Shown one piece after another: positions 37,501 through 49,250 of a DNA stretch of 64,000 nt (position 1 is the first letter of the stretch; every line of letters starts with the position of its first letter). Made by a program: the position numbers and the translations under genes. Location: the NCBI GenBank assembly GCA_002269645.1, contig NIVC01003211.1, forward strand, positions 1 through 64,000, in the 5' to 3' direction. The notes under the pieces were generated by a model. The model did not search any database. It was not told the DNA's origin and saw only the letters and a list, made by a program, of their open reading frames with translations. The DNA comes from Macrostomum lignano (lineage: Eukaryota).

Positions 37501-38837
37501 AATGTGGCGCTGATGTTCGGCGTTGCACAGACCTACGATGAGGGACAGAAGCACCATTTCTTCTTCTGTACTGATACATGTTTTGAGAGAGTCAAACTTG
37601 CAGTATGCCGCAGCCTGGCGAACACAGGAGAGAAACTTGGTGATCGACTCATTTGCGGCTTGACGTTGTGGGGAAAATTTTGTTCGTTTTGCTACCACGA
37701 CGCGCTTTGGGTTGTAGGAAACGGAAAGTGTTGATCGCTGCCTCGATATTGCTAAGGCGCAGTCTCAATATCCTTTGGGCTTTGGAGCGAAAATACTGGT
37801 GATTATCTCTAGAGCTGATAATCCACAGACTGGCAAGAAATTGTCTGCGATTTGTCGGTAGTCTGCTGTATCATCCCACTTCTTTGCTCGTCCCAGGGCT
37901 TCAAAGGCCTTCAACCAGGTAAGTGCGCGATCCAGATCGGCCAGGTCCAAACTATCGAGTCGCAACGCCATTGTAGCCAGATAAACTTCAATTATCTGAG
38001 GTCGGGCTCGTGGCTGAGTGCAGCGTAGCCAGAATTGCATTCCTACGTGTATATTTCTTACAACGAAGAGAAGGGAAAATAATTAAGGGCTTTATTCAAT
38101 ATTACCGCGTGACCATAGATAGTTAAAATACCGATTCTCAATGGTAGGGAGCGATTCTCAATGGTTGGGACGACTCTCAATGGATTTGGGCGATTCTCAA
38201 CTGTTGGGTGGGAGACATTCTAAATGATTAATTGTTCAGGGGGGGGGGGCGTTTTCTTAGCAGGCCAGGGGCCCAGAAAAAGCCGCCAAGTCCCGCGCAG
38301 TCGCACCATTATATGATGCTTCGGGCAGGTCAGACAGTCGATCTGGGACTCGAACTCGGCAAACCGAATGAACCCGTAGCCCCGACTGCCGCCTTCCGAG
38401 TTCCGCTTGATCTGCGACATGACCAGCTCGCCGAACTTGGAGAAATAGCTCTTCAAATCCTCTTCGCTAGCTTTGAAGTGCAGGCCGAGCACAATCAGGT
38501 CTGTGCACTTTTTCCTGTCCGGTTTCTTCGGCCGGAAGTCGGGCGCGTCGCCGGGTTGCTCGTCCACTTTGCGCTTGTTGTCCTTGGGAAAGGTGCACAA
38601 GTAGACCACGTTGCCGTTGTGACTCCAGGAGTTGAACTCCGGCGGCGGGTACAGTACACCGTCCGTGAGGCGCACTGCCCGCATGGCGCTGGTGTCCGGG
38701 TTGCGGTAGCGCAGGCCGGTGAGGCCGGGGAACTGCGCGGCCAGGGTGGACAGCAGCAGGACTCCGCCGGCCTCGGTGGGCACCTCTATCGGGTCGTCAC
38801 CCTCGTCCTCAGCAACTGGCACGTATTCGACTGACAT
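34571..38837 (-). CDS. TARDBP: TDP-43 paralog B; join(38837..38307, 35164..34571), 374 aa
   Basis: Same domain motifs, exon-1 length (531 nt) and splice junction as paralog A (HHIM|NRWCEVK). The Gly-rich tail is shorter. The intron is expanded by an LTR element. Confidence 0.97.
35357..38130 (-). mobile_element. Internally deleted, decayed Ty3/gypsy (K02A2.6-like) LTR retrotransposon inside the TDP-43 B intron
   Basis: Direct repeats at ~35357-35474 and ~38036-38130 share TATTTCT(C/T)ACA(G/A)CGAAGAGAAGGGAAAATA..TTATTCAATATTAC..GTGACCATAG. A PPT (AAAAGGGGG) lies at 35477-35485. Gag starts WLKAFEAL and carries CKFCGKSH..CSKCNKLNHFGSVC knuckles. The RT start LESQINAELDRLE is fused to the integrase segment WPGMQRDVEQFV. 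The integrase core reads IVVDAYS..RFGVPQVIVSDNGAEFTS..SNRLAERTVQTVK. Stops and frameshifts are present. Confidence 0.9.
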
Positions 38838-39011
38838 GGCTGGCGCGATTCACTGCAACATTTTGCGACGGGGGACAATTTGAGTGGATAATTTCTGTCT
38901 GGCTTCTGCATCTACATGCTAATTTGTCGCATGTCTAACCTACCAATTCTGCCATCTACCAATTTGTCCATTATCTGCAACTTTGTCTAATATCTATCTG
39001 CCAATCTGCCT

Positions 39012-39081
39012 GGGGGCCGTACGCCGTAGCCTAGTGGTCTGATGCGCCAGCGGCCTGGGCTCGATTCCAAGCGCAGGCACA
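39012..39081 (+). mobile_element. Degenerate tRNA-derived SINE head, paralog of 31972-32045
   Basis: GTAGCCTAGTGG A-box and GGCTCGATTCC B-box. Confidence 0.5.
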
Positions 39082-39989
39082 TTAATTTGGAATTATGGCT
39101 TAGGTCTGCTGTTGCCAATTAACGCCTTTGAGGGCAAAACACCACAAAGGCACAGTGAAGTGCACATGTACATTTAAAACTGTTCGGTGGCCATCAAATG
39201 AAGTCACACGGAAGTCAAGCGAGAGAGAAACAGCAATAAAGTTCATCATGTCTGTCGTGTAAACAAGCACCGGAAACAAGTCGATTAAAAAAACAGAAAT
39301 ATCAACGATAACAACAGCAAGCGCAACGCACAAAACTAGGCAAATACGAGAAATGAAAAGCAATTTTAGCGAGGTATAGTACAGTGTAAATTCTTTTATG
39401 ATTCCCCACTTCTTTATCCCCAACCTTCATATCCCAATTTATATCATCAACATTATTTTGAAAGTTCGTCTCATCGGTCAAACAGTGACCCGTCTCAGTT
39501 GCTACCCGTCATCCTGGGTGCATCATCATGGCTGCATGTACAGAAAAGAAACAAATGTTTAACACGCAACGAAAAGTCATTGGCTCACACACAAGCACTA
39601 ATAAAGTCAAGACAAAGGTCAAAGGTCAAAAGCTGTCTGCACCCGACGCATCAATCCAAGGCCAGGCTCAACTCAGCTCAAAGTCAGTCCCTGGCGCAGC
39701 CGGAGCAACACAGACTGACTGATAGACACAGATCGGCGCACAGGACTGCGAATTTAATTAAATCAATCTAATCAATCAGCTCATTCCAATGGGATACCTC
39801 CAGCAGGCTGGGTGCTCATGCAGATCTTCCTGAGCACCTGGCATCGGGTACAGGGACATCACGTGACCTGGCTCTCGGCCGCCGCTGAGCATGAATTATG
39901 AGCTAATTTGTTTAAGTAAGAATTCACGTCATTAAAGAATAAAGATTGCTCTTGGTAGACATCTCCTAACACTGGGACTCTGGTGCATA

Positions 39990-40430
39990 AAATGGGGATT
40001 CGGGTGCTTGAAGTGGGGATTTGGGGTGTATGAAGTGGGGATTCGGGGTGTTTGAAATGGGGATTCGGGGTGTTTGAAATGGGGATTCGGGTGTTTGAAA
40101 TGGGGATTTGGGGTGTATGAATGGGGATTTGGGGTGTTTGAAGTGGGGATTCGGGGTGTTTGAAATGGGGATTTGGGTGTTTGAAATGGGGATTTTGGGT
40201 GTTTGAAATGGGGATTTGGGGTGTTTAAAGTGGGGATTTGGGTGTTTGAAATGGGGATTTTGGGTGTTTGAAATGGGGATTTGGGTGTTTGAAATGGGGA
40301 TTCGGGTGTTTGAAATGGGGATTTTGGGTGTTTGAAATGGGGATTTGGGGTGTTTGAAGTGGGGACTCGGGTGTTTGAAATGGGGATTTGGGGTGTTTGA
40401 ACTGGGGACTGAGGTGTTTAAAAATGGGAA
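39990..40430. repeat. 21-22-bp G-tract minisatellite (GGGGATTTGGGGTGTTTGAAAT), ~20 copies
   Basis: Visible tandem units. Confidence 0.96.
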
Positions 40431-40621
40431 CTTAATTGGGAGGATAAGCTACATATTTAGTCATCAAATAAAAAGCAAAATGCTATTAACAGGTAAGAAT
40501 TAGCACGTGCAACTTCGTATGTATATATTATTCAGTTATTAAGGAAAGTTAAATCGGGCCTCGCATACGTTAGCATAATTTACAATAGACACGACAGGAA
40601 TAACGTGGAATAACCACAGGG

Positions 40622-40843
40622 TCACTGGTAGTACAATTCCAAATTCATGCCGTCATGGATCTCGTAGTCCTCCAAACTGATGTGATCCTTGAATATAGTG
40701 TACCACTTCTTCAGCACGATCTTATCCCACCTGGTGCCAGTCTGGGCGGCGATCAGCTTCTTTAGATCGCCAATGGTGTCGCTGGGATTGCATTTGATGC
40801 GCACCTTCTTGCCAAGCCGATCGTTCACCGTGATTTCAATCAT
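40622..40843 (-). CDS. UBL5: Ubiquitin-like protein 5 (Hub1), 73 aa, no intron in the CDS
   Basis: [73 protein letters not shown] is near-identical to known UBL5, including the C-terminal YY. Confidence 0.98.
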   Translation of the reverse strand: MIEITVNDRLGKKVRIKCNPSDTIGDLKKLIAAQTGTRWDKIVLKKWYTIFKDHISLEDYEIHDGMNLELYYQ

Positions 40844-41029
40844 TGCTGGCTGGGGCTGGGCAGCAATGCAACAAGTAATAATAATTAATAATAATAATTG
40901 ATTACACCTGCCCCAACTGAGCCAGATATGCAACCGACAGCTCAGCCGCAGCGATTGTGCGGGCGCATCTGAAGGTCTGAAGACTGCGTACGGCTGTTCA
41001 GTCCAAATACTGGGGGGGGGGGGAGGGTT

Positions 41030-41196
41030 GCCACGAACACCCCAACTACTCCAGCTAATGCTGGCACCCATTTTACATGCAGACTCAGAGTTAAGTGTCT
41101 TGCTCAAGGACACAAATTGTTTCAGTGCGATCGCGAATCGAACCCGCGACCTTTCAGTTGTGAGTCTGATGCTCTCACCACAAAGCTACAACCCCC
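41030..41196 (-). mobile_element. tRNA-derived SINE with a CORE/MIR-like central domain
   Basis: The minus strand reads GGGGTTGTAGCTTTGTGGTGAGAGCATCAGACTCACAACTGAAAGGTCGCGGGTTCGATTCGCGATCGCAC (A box, B box GGTTCGATTC). It is followed by TGTGTCCTTGAGCAAGACACTTAAC..TGTAAAATGGG, resembling the MIR CORE consensus. Confidence 0.75.
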
Positions 41197-41647
41197 ATAT
41201 CAAATATAATATATCATGCGCTTAACTGCCTACTCAGCGGGAATTTTTTAAGTAGAACAGTAAGATTTTGAAAAAAAAAGCTAAAAGCTAAAATAGAAAC
41301 GATTTTAAAATGTTTAAAATGTAGAAAACTTATTATTAAATATACAAAACTACACGGTAAACTTTTAATAGATAAACAGCACCAAAAATGGTAAAAATGT
41401 TTTTTAAAAAGCAAAAAAATCAATGCTGGACAGAATTGATTCAGTAATAATGTTCATTTATATTGCAGCAAATCAAGAAGTCTAAAGCCTTCATTAATAC
41501 AGCAAAAATGTGCAACGGGACACCAAAAGAAAGTCCAATTGCGAATTCATGATTGAAAATCTGGTGCACTAAAAATCTAAATGATTGACAGAACAGACAC
41601 AGACAGAAACAACAAAAAAGTAGTGATAAATAAAAAGTTTTAGAAGG

Positions 41648-41932
41648 GCGCCCAGCAACTGATGATCTGGGAGGCTGGCAGTGGCCCAGCAACTGAGGAT
41701 CTGGGAGGCTGGCGGTGGCCCAGCAACTGAGGATCTGGGGGCTGGCAGTGGCCCAGCAACTGAGGATCTGGGAGGCTGTGGCCCAGCAACTGGGGATCTG
41801 GGAAGCTGGCCCAGCAACTGAGGAGCTGGGAGGCTGGCCCAGCAACTGAGGATCTGGGAGGCTGTGGCCCAGCAACTGGAGATCTGGGAAGCTGGCCCAG
41901 CAACTGAGGAGCTGGGAGGCTGACGGCGCCCA
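41648..41932. repeat. 28-31-bp minisatellite (TGGGAGGCTGGCCCAGCAACTGAGGATC) just downstream of the SHPK stop codon
   Basis: About 9 units, with the same unit and orientation as 11830-12532. Confidence 0.95.
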
Positions 41933-41986
41933 GTAAGGCAGTAAATTCAATCACAGCTCGCAAGCGACCTATGAATCAGCTAGCTT

Positions 41987-43513
41987 CTAGGACTCCCCGC
42001 GCCCAGCAGCCACCCAGTCCAGGAACTGTGCCGCCAGTCCTGCCGCGCCGTCGGCCACCGCAGGCTGCTGCCGAGCTCCTCCGTCCTCCAGCACAATGGA
42101 CTGGAATTGACATTCGTCAAAGCGAAGAGCAGCGGCCCGCCGCAGGACGGCATTCCTACGCAGGGCGCTGCCGGCCAGAATTATCCGATCGATGCCGGCC
42201 TGTCTGAGCGCCGCAGGCGGGCACAAACTGAGCAGGTTGTTAATCAGGCCGAGGCACACGGATCGGTACAGCCGGCCGAGACTGCGGCAGCTGGACATGC
42301 GCAGGCCGAGCACAGAGCCGCCTTGGGTCCCGCCGCCGCATCGCTCGTCTAGCAGGGTCGGCGAGATCAAAGGATCCGGGTCGGAGGCGGACGCGGGTTT
42401 GGCTGCAAAATAGAAATGGTCATAGGAATAGCTTAGGCGCAATGGTAAATCAAGATTCGACTGAGCTTCATGCTCACATCTTTCCAGTTCAGTTCTGTTT
42501 AAGTATTGATAATTGGCACTCGAATATCCAATTTGAGCACCCTCTGGTCACTCCTATCTCGAAGTTGGTCACTCCTATTTAAAACTTGGTCACTCCTGTC
42601 TCGAATTCGGACACCCACACATAACTCGACAATTTCCCCACCTGCTGATATCCCCACCTTTGAATTAATAAAACATTATTGTCACCTTCATCCGCCAGAA
42701 CTTGCAACCGCTGCCAGACAGTCTCGGACGGACACCGCTGTCCGGTTAGCTGCTCTTGCCAGTCGGCCAGAGTTTGGACGAACTCGGCCAGCACGTTGCC
42801 GCCATTCAGACTGGCAGCCAGCAGGACATATCTATCTGGCGAAAAGAAGGGGAAGCAGTCGATGCCTGCGTGGTCCCTCACAGACGGCTGCTGGGGCGGC
42901 TCGCTAGTGAGGAAGCCGAGCTGCGCGCTGGTGCCAAAGTTCAGAAAGGCGCGCCCGTCAAAGTCTGCCGGACCCGTTGATGTTGACGACAGCGTCGAGG
43001 GCTGCAGAGGCGCGTACACCGAATAAACAACGCACTGCAGGTCGCCAAGAGGCACCCGGACTCGACAACTGGACGGCAGCCGACCCGCCCAGGCGTGTCC
43101 GCTGGCTAGCGACGTCAGCAAAGTCGGGGACAGACAGCCGACAACGTGGCCAACCGGCGCGATGTCGGGCAGCCGCGGGCGCGGCGGCAGGCCAGCAGCC
43201 GCAAGGCTGTCAGCATCCCAGCGCTGGCCGGCCAGGTCGAAGTAGCCCCAGCTGGCGGCCAGCTGGCCGGACATGCGCACCGACCCGCTGCCGCCGATCA
43301 GCAAGGCGGCCAGCCAGTCCATGGCGCTGCCGCAGGCGTCGAATTCGGCTAGACGGTCGGGCTGATGACGCTGCCACCAGAGCAGAGTGGCCAGACCGAA
43401 CCCACTCTGGAACACGGCAGCGAGAAGGTTCTCTGTCTGTCTTTTTGTTTGCCTGTCTGTCTGTCTGTTTGTCTGTTTGTGTGTGTGTCTGTCTGTCTTA
43501 GTGTCTGTCTGCA

Positions 43514-43584
<71 letters not shown>

Positions 43585-44155
43585 TTGTGTGTCTGTCTGT
43601 CTGTCTGTTTGTGTGTCTGTCTGTCTGTCTGCATGTCTGTCTGTCTGTCTGCCTCCCCCTCTTAATGTCAGTTTATGTTAGCATTTATTTGTATGTCTAA
43701 GACACCATCTATCATACCTTCGGCGCCACAACCTCTGGTCTGGACGGTGCCGGCAATGACTGGAGGAACTCGAGTGAGCACCGGCCATCCTGCCAGGTCA
43801 CCAGCTCCGAGCAGGAGGCCAGCGGCTGTTCCGAGCGCCACATCGCGATGCCGTGCATCTGGCCGCACAGCAGAATGTCGGACACCCGGCCTAGCATGTT
43901 GTCATCGCCGTCGATATGGGAGTCAATCTTGGACGCCAGATTGGAGAATGCGGCGAGAATGGAGTGCAGCGACATCACTGACTGGCGCGGGGCAGTGGAC
44001 ACTGGGGAGGCTTCAATATTGCAGCTGCCAGAGTACAGGATGCGCCGAGTGGCTGACTCCACTAGCAACAGCTTCACTGCGGTGGTGCCAATGTCAATGC
44101 ACAGCAGCAGTGCGTCTGCACTTTTGTTAGCGGTTTGCTCAAGCCCGGCTGACAT
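41987..44155 (-). CDS. SHPK: Sedoheptulokinase (CARKL, FGGY family); join(44155..43718, 43406..42686, 42402..41987), ~524 aa
   Basis: Motifs: [11 protein letters not shown]; CGQMHG; [16 protein letters not shown]; GFGLATL.W; AASWGYFD; LGDLQC; [10 protein letters not shown]; [15 protein letters not shown]; SPTLLDER; GSALRRN. GT/AG junctions are in phases 0 and 1. An alternative in-frame ATG lies at 44251. Confidence 0.94.
43430..43650. repeat. (TGTC)n microsatellite filling SHPK intron 1
   Basis: Visible. Confidence 0.96.
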
Positions 44156-44863
44156 GCCAGAATTTGGGCAGCTTACAAGCGCTGAATGTTTGACAGTTGA
44201 AATATACATGTACTTGTCTATTTGTTGAAGCAACAATATGGATACATACATTTACATTTGTAATAGTATAAATGACAATATTTGAACAGTAGCAAAATAT
44301 ATATGATATGATTTTATCTTCAAAAAATCAATTAAGCTTGTTATATTGATAATTGCTAAAGGCCAATTTTTACTCAGTAATTTTTATTACTTGATATGAA
44401 TATTTCAAATTGCTTTGTACATGTAATATTGAAAGAGATTAGATTTTATAATACTTTTTAAATAATAGATACAAATTTCAAACAGTATACAAACAGTAGC
44501 AAAGGGTCTTTAACAAATAAGCTAATAATATATTTGTTATATAATCATGGTACAAAAAGGGCCTTAGCATAATTACTTAGTAAATATAATATGGTGTTAA
44601 TCACTTTGTCAACTGCTAGCAATATCTGCTATTGACAATGACCAAGTCTAGTGGTCTTACTTATTGGTCAGTTGACAAAGTGACCAAGATCAATGGCTCC
44701 CTAGTTAATAAAATGAAACAAAATTTGAATTAGTTACTTGATGACAAGGAAGCTTCTATGGTTGCTGTGCTCCCCAGGAAGGGACACTTGTTTAGGTAGC
44801 ATACAAGTTTAGGGGTAAAAACCCAATTGCAAAGCAGTGAATAAATAGGAAAATGCAATCTTT

Positions 44864-44970
44864 TTTCATTTCTATGACTGATAACTTTTTAACTAAAATT
44901 TTCATTTCTATGACTGATAACTTTTTAACTAAAATTTTCATTTCTATGACTGATAACTTTTTAACTAAAA
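44864..44970. repeat. Three exact 36-bp tandem copies (TTTTCATTTCTATGACTGATAACTTTTTAACTAAAA)
   Basis: The period of 36 was read at 44871 and 44907. Confidence 0.93.
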
Positions 44971-45589
44971 GTTATAGAAAGATACAGTTTGCACTATTCA
45001 ATGCAAAACATTCAGAATCATAGGTCTCCAAGGTTAAGTTGTATTATTCAAAAAAACTTTTTTGTTAGTATAAAAAATACTTTACAACCCTTTGGGCAAT
45101 GCAAACATAATGAAACAAATAATGAAATGATACCCACAAAAAGATTTGTTAAAGACTTTGAAAGAGAAAAGTTAATTAAAATATTTTATCATTGCAAGGA
45201 AATCCTTAAGTGATACCTTAGCAAAAGAGAGTGGAATTAACTTATCTATAGAGCAGAAAAGTGCTAGGGCATGCTATATAGAAATAGCAATTATGACTCT
45301 ATAAAACAAAAGCTAAGTCTACTATGAGTATATATCAGAGCTACATTTCTTAGATAGTTTTGACTTTTTGCACTTCAGTGCTTCATTGCTCTTCCAGCTG
45401 TCATTCTTCACATTGACTAGATTCTTCATATACATTGTTAGAGCTAGAACTTGGCATGGTAGAATAGATCTGGACAAGCTTTGCCATATACACATTGCCG
45501 AGTAAAATGATTTACACAAGATTATAGAATTGGCAAAGCTCAACAATATTCTCTACAGTCTTTACAGCTTATCTAGAGTACAGAGGGCT

Positions 45590-45885
45590 TGTTCACAAGC
45601 TCAAAATTTCACAACCTTGAAAAGCACTTCCTTTTACAAACCCAAAACTTTATAAGGTTGAATTTTCACAACCTCAAAAATTTTAGCAGTCAACTTCATA
45701 AGCTCAAAATTTCATAAGCTTGAAATTTCACAACCTTGAAAACCATTTTAGCAGCCAACTTCACAAGCTGCTACAAGAAGTTGCCTGCTAAAATTTTTGA
45801 GGATGAAATTTCAAGCTTGTGAAATTTTGAGCTTATGAAAGTAACTGGTTTCAAGGTTGTGAAATTTTAAGCTTATGAAACATAC
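45590..45885. repeat. Foldback-like inverted repeat built from TTCA(C/T)AAGCTCAAAATTTCACAACCTTGAAA modules
   Basis: The reverse complement of 45786-45840 matches the modules at 45660-45760. Confidence 0.75.
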
Positions 45886-46668
45886 ATGTGCAACCTCCAA
45901 AATTTGGTCGGCCATGCAACTCAGTTTTAACAAAAATCTGATGTAGTTTTTGGCCAAAAATGTGACTTACATGTAAAAAACCCTAAAGCAAAATTAATGC
46001 AACTTTGGATAAATGGCAGGAGTAACTATGACTGTCTTATTAAGCCAAAATTCCTTGTCCGCTACTTAGTACTACTACTTGGGTATTTTTTGGGTGGGCA
46101 TTTTTGCAACTTCCTTGGTTGGCTGCCAAATTGGTCAGCCAGATTGGCCGACTCAGCTGACTTTTATGCATGTGTGTTATGAAAGCAACCCAGTATAGAG
46201 TTTCAGAAGTTAGAAAGCTTAATCTATAATCTGAATCATCAATCTATCAATATTGACCTCAAAGTCAAAAGTTCTATCTATTGACATTGATTTTGTGATT
46301 TCTATCATATTAGCAGAGGACACACAAGTGGTGAAGAATATGACCTGAGACTCAAATGCATGCTCAAACAAAACAATGCAAATAATTAAATAGCTTGAAT
46401 GCCAGTAAATTAGGCTCTAATGACATTGCTTTTGAGGAATGTTTCTGCCTTATCCTTGCAGTGATGTATGGCAATCTCTTACCAAGTCTAAGCAGGTGTC
46501 ATTATAGTAAATTGGTCTTTAGGAACAGTTTTGCTCAAGTAGGATAGCACCTTTAGAAAGATATTTAAAATAACATTTCCAAAAATGCAGCAAGCAGATC
46601 CAGCATCCATTAGTTGTGCTTTGGATTGCTGAGCAACTGCTGCTACAAATATAGTATTATTGTCAATA

Positions 46669-47274
46669 CCCTATTGAAATAAGTTGACAAAACGCAGACG
46701 ACCGTCCGTCGCATTTTCGGATACTCCTGGTGTCGCGTCGCGCGACAGTGGTGTCAAGTGGTATGTCACGTCGCGCGACACTGGAAACCTGGTGTCGTCA
46801 TGTGTCGCGTCGCGGCCTGGACCTGTATGTAGCCAAAACCTTGCCAACTGTGTTTCATTGTAATATGTTCACGGTTGTTTTTTGGTATTTAAATGTTTCA
46901 AACATATTTGATAATAACTAGTTCTTGAATTGTTCTTCTTTATTTTGACAGTAAAGTAACTAATACTTTAAATATAATTTTTAGAAATGTTACTTGTTAG
47001 TTACAATGCGTGCGCTGTTTTTCTAAGTGTTGTACCTTTGTTGTTTTACTGTTTATTGTTTTTAAATTTCTTTTTTTCCACGAAATTGAAAGGAATACTC
47101 TTGTCCCTCGCCCCATGGTCTCGGTGTCGGGAGTGAACGGAACAGACACCAGTGTTGCCTTGCGCATTGCCACCCCCTAGTCAACAAAATTTGGTGTTGC
47201 GTCGCGCTTTTGAGGGTACAATTTTGGCTCCCGTGTCGCGCGTCCGCGGGTTTTTGAAACTTATTCCAATAGGG
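46669..47274. mobile_element. 606-bp non-autonomous DNA transposon (MITE) with an 8-bp TSD
   Basis: TIRs are CCCTATTGAAATAAGTT and CCCTATTGGAATAAGTT (16/17). An exact TSD TGTCAATA lies at 46661-46668 and 47275-47282. CpG-rich subterminal repeats TGTCGCGTCGCG are present. Confidence 0.88.
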
Positions 47275-47734
47275 TGTCAATATATTCTTTTTCTAGTTAA
47301 CAAGCTATGAAATATGAGAGGTATTACAAAAGTTTGCATACAAACTGCTCTAGCAAGAAATCAATAAGCAGCAGTAAAAAACAATAATATGTATAATATA
47401 TAATACAAGTTTTGGTAATTTTGTTATAAAATACATAATTCATTATTAATATTGCTACCATTTGCAAACATTTTTATGTGATTTTCTATGAGCTATGAGC
47501 TATAAGTTATAAATGATTATAAGACTTCTATTAAACAAACCTTAAGTCAATGTATATCTTATTTTGTTGCTAACACAAAGGTAATATTTTAAACAAAATA
47601 ACCTAATAAAATAAAATAATAGATTAAAACACTAGTAAAAATGTTTAAATATTGTGCAAAGTTAAGGAAAAAGCCAAAAGACTATTTAGTATAGATCTTT
47701 TAACTGACTAAAATTTTAAAAAGAAAAAAATGTT

Positions 47735-48285
47735 TTCAGAAAAGAAATGGTTATCCCTACGGTCCCATGTCAATAATTCTGATTTTATTCACACGGATCT
47801 GTGTTGATAATTTCTAGCTTATCCCCATGGCAGCTTATTGGAATAAAGAACCTTAAAATGAATCTGTTCAAAATCATCTATTGTTTTTATTGTTTCACAA
47901 ATCTTCCAAGTAAACAACTAAATAATGAATAGTATTGAATACTTTGCTGAAACTTTTTTTGTTGTTAAAAGGGTTAATTTTAAATATTAGCTGCTTAGCT
48001 GCTGGCTTTGCTTAGAATGACCCAATGGACCCTAAGATCAAGGCAAATGAGACTTGCAAAATTCAAAATGTAATAATAATGAGTAATCTAAATATACTAA
48101 ATCTCTAATATATAATACTAATAATAATGACAATATCTATTTAACGTCAGTAAACAAAAAATAAATACAATCAACTGCACAATCTTAGCTGTGGGGATAA
48201 GCTGAAAATTATTGACACGGATCCAGTGGATAAAATTGGAATTATTGACACAGGACTGTGGGGATAAACACTTCATTTCAGAAAT
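47735..48285. mobile_element. MITE-like element with ~80-100-bp imperfect terminal inverted repeats
   Basis: 47751 TTATCCCTACGGTCCCATGTCAATAATTCTGATTTTATT..GCTTATCCCCA matches the reverse complement of 48190-48267 (TTATCCCCACAGTCCTGTGTCAATAATTCCAATTTTATC..GCTTATCCCCA). No TSD was resolved. Confidence 0.75.
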
Positions 48286-49250
48286 AGTGTCAATAAAAGT
48301 CAAAGAGAGGCAATTCAGTGGGATGAACAATTTTTTTCTTTTTTTGCTAATTAGGTAATTACTAGCAGACATTATATTTAAGTAGGATTAGGAATGAGCA
48401 CCAGATTCAGAGCATGATTACATTTTGTAACAATGCGATGTGATAACTGATAGTGATAACCCATCTAAATATGATGAAATGATGAAAGATGAAACAATTA
48501 ACTAAACTAAAATTGTATATTACCATTTCTACCAGCATTCAGTTTTGATGAATAACAAAGAAAAACGAAAAATAAATGCATAAATAAAGTAATTCAAACA
48601 CGGTTTTAAAATTTAGTTCAGTATTAGGTTTAAAACAAATACATTTTTCATGCTTTCAAATTTTTAATGTGCCTTGCGCTTTATTGCTAGTTATTTTGAA
48701 CAATCAAAATGTGGTCCAAATTTTGTTTTTCTGCGACAAAAATTTATTATTTTGAGTGCTTAAAATGAAAACTTCGCCTATTCTTAATTCTCTGAAACAT
48801 AGATTCGGTTAATTCTGACGTATGCACACTTTCAGCTTTACGTATTTTAGAGTAAACTTTAAGTTTCAGGCATTGAATTTAAAAACGATGTTAACAGATA
48901 ATTTTTTTAAATATCGCTTCAGTAACGACTATGCGAACTACGAGTCCAAAATTCGGGAAAGTTTGAAGTCTGGAAACTAATCTCATTTTAGTAAATGCCG
49001 GAACTTTTTAACTCGTAACCTAACTTGCCTATCGCCTTATGCACAAATCTTTTAACAAGACTTATGCACGTTTAACCACATGCAAAAAATAACGATTCAG
49101 TGAGCTTTCACATTTATCAAACATACTTGATAGTCTTTCTTCAGCAGCCGGCAATACAAAATATATAATGCATAGCACGTACATACAAATACATGATTCG
49201 GGCAATTCTACTACGAGCATATAGTGTATTCTGTAATATAAAGTCTGAAT

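Noticed and set aside
40622-41113. 163-aa N-terminally extended UBL5 ORF
   Set aside because: The extension runs through a SINE and low-complexity DNA. The conserved protein starts at ATG 40843 after an acceptor-like site.
42579-43634. 351-aa ORF starting in (GACA)n
   Set aside because: The N-terminus is intronic microsatellite. The real SHPK exon 2 is 43406..42686.
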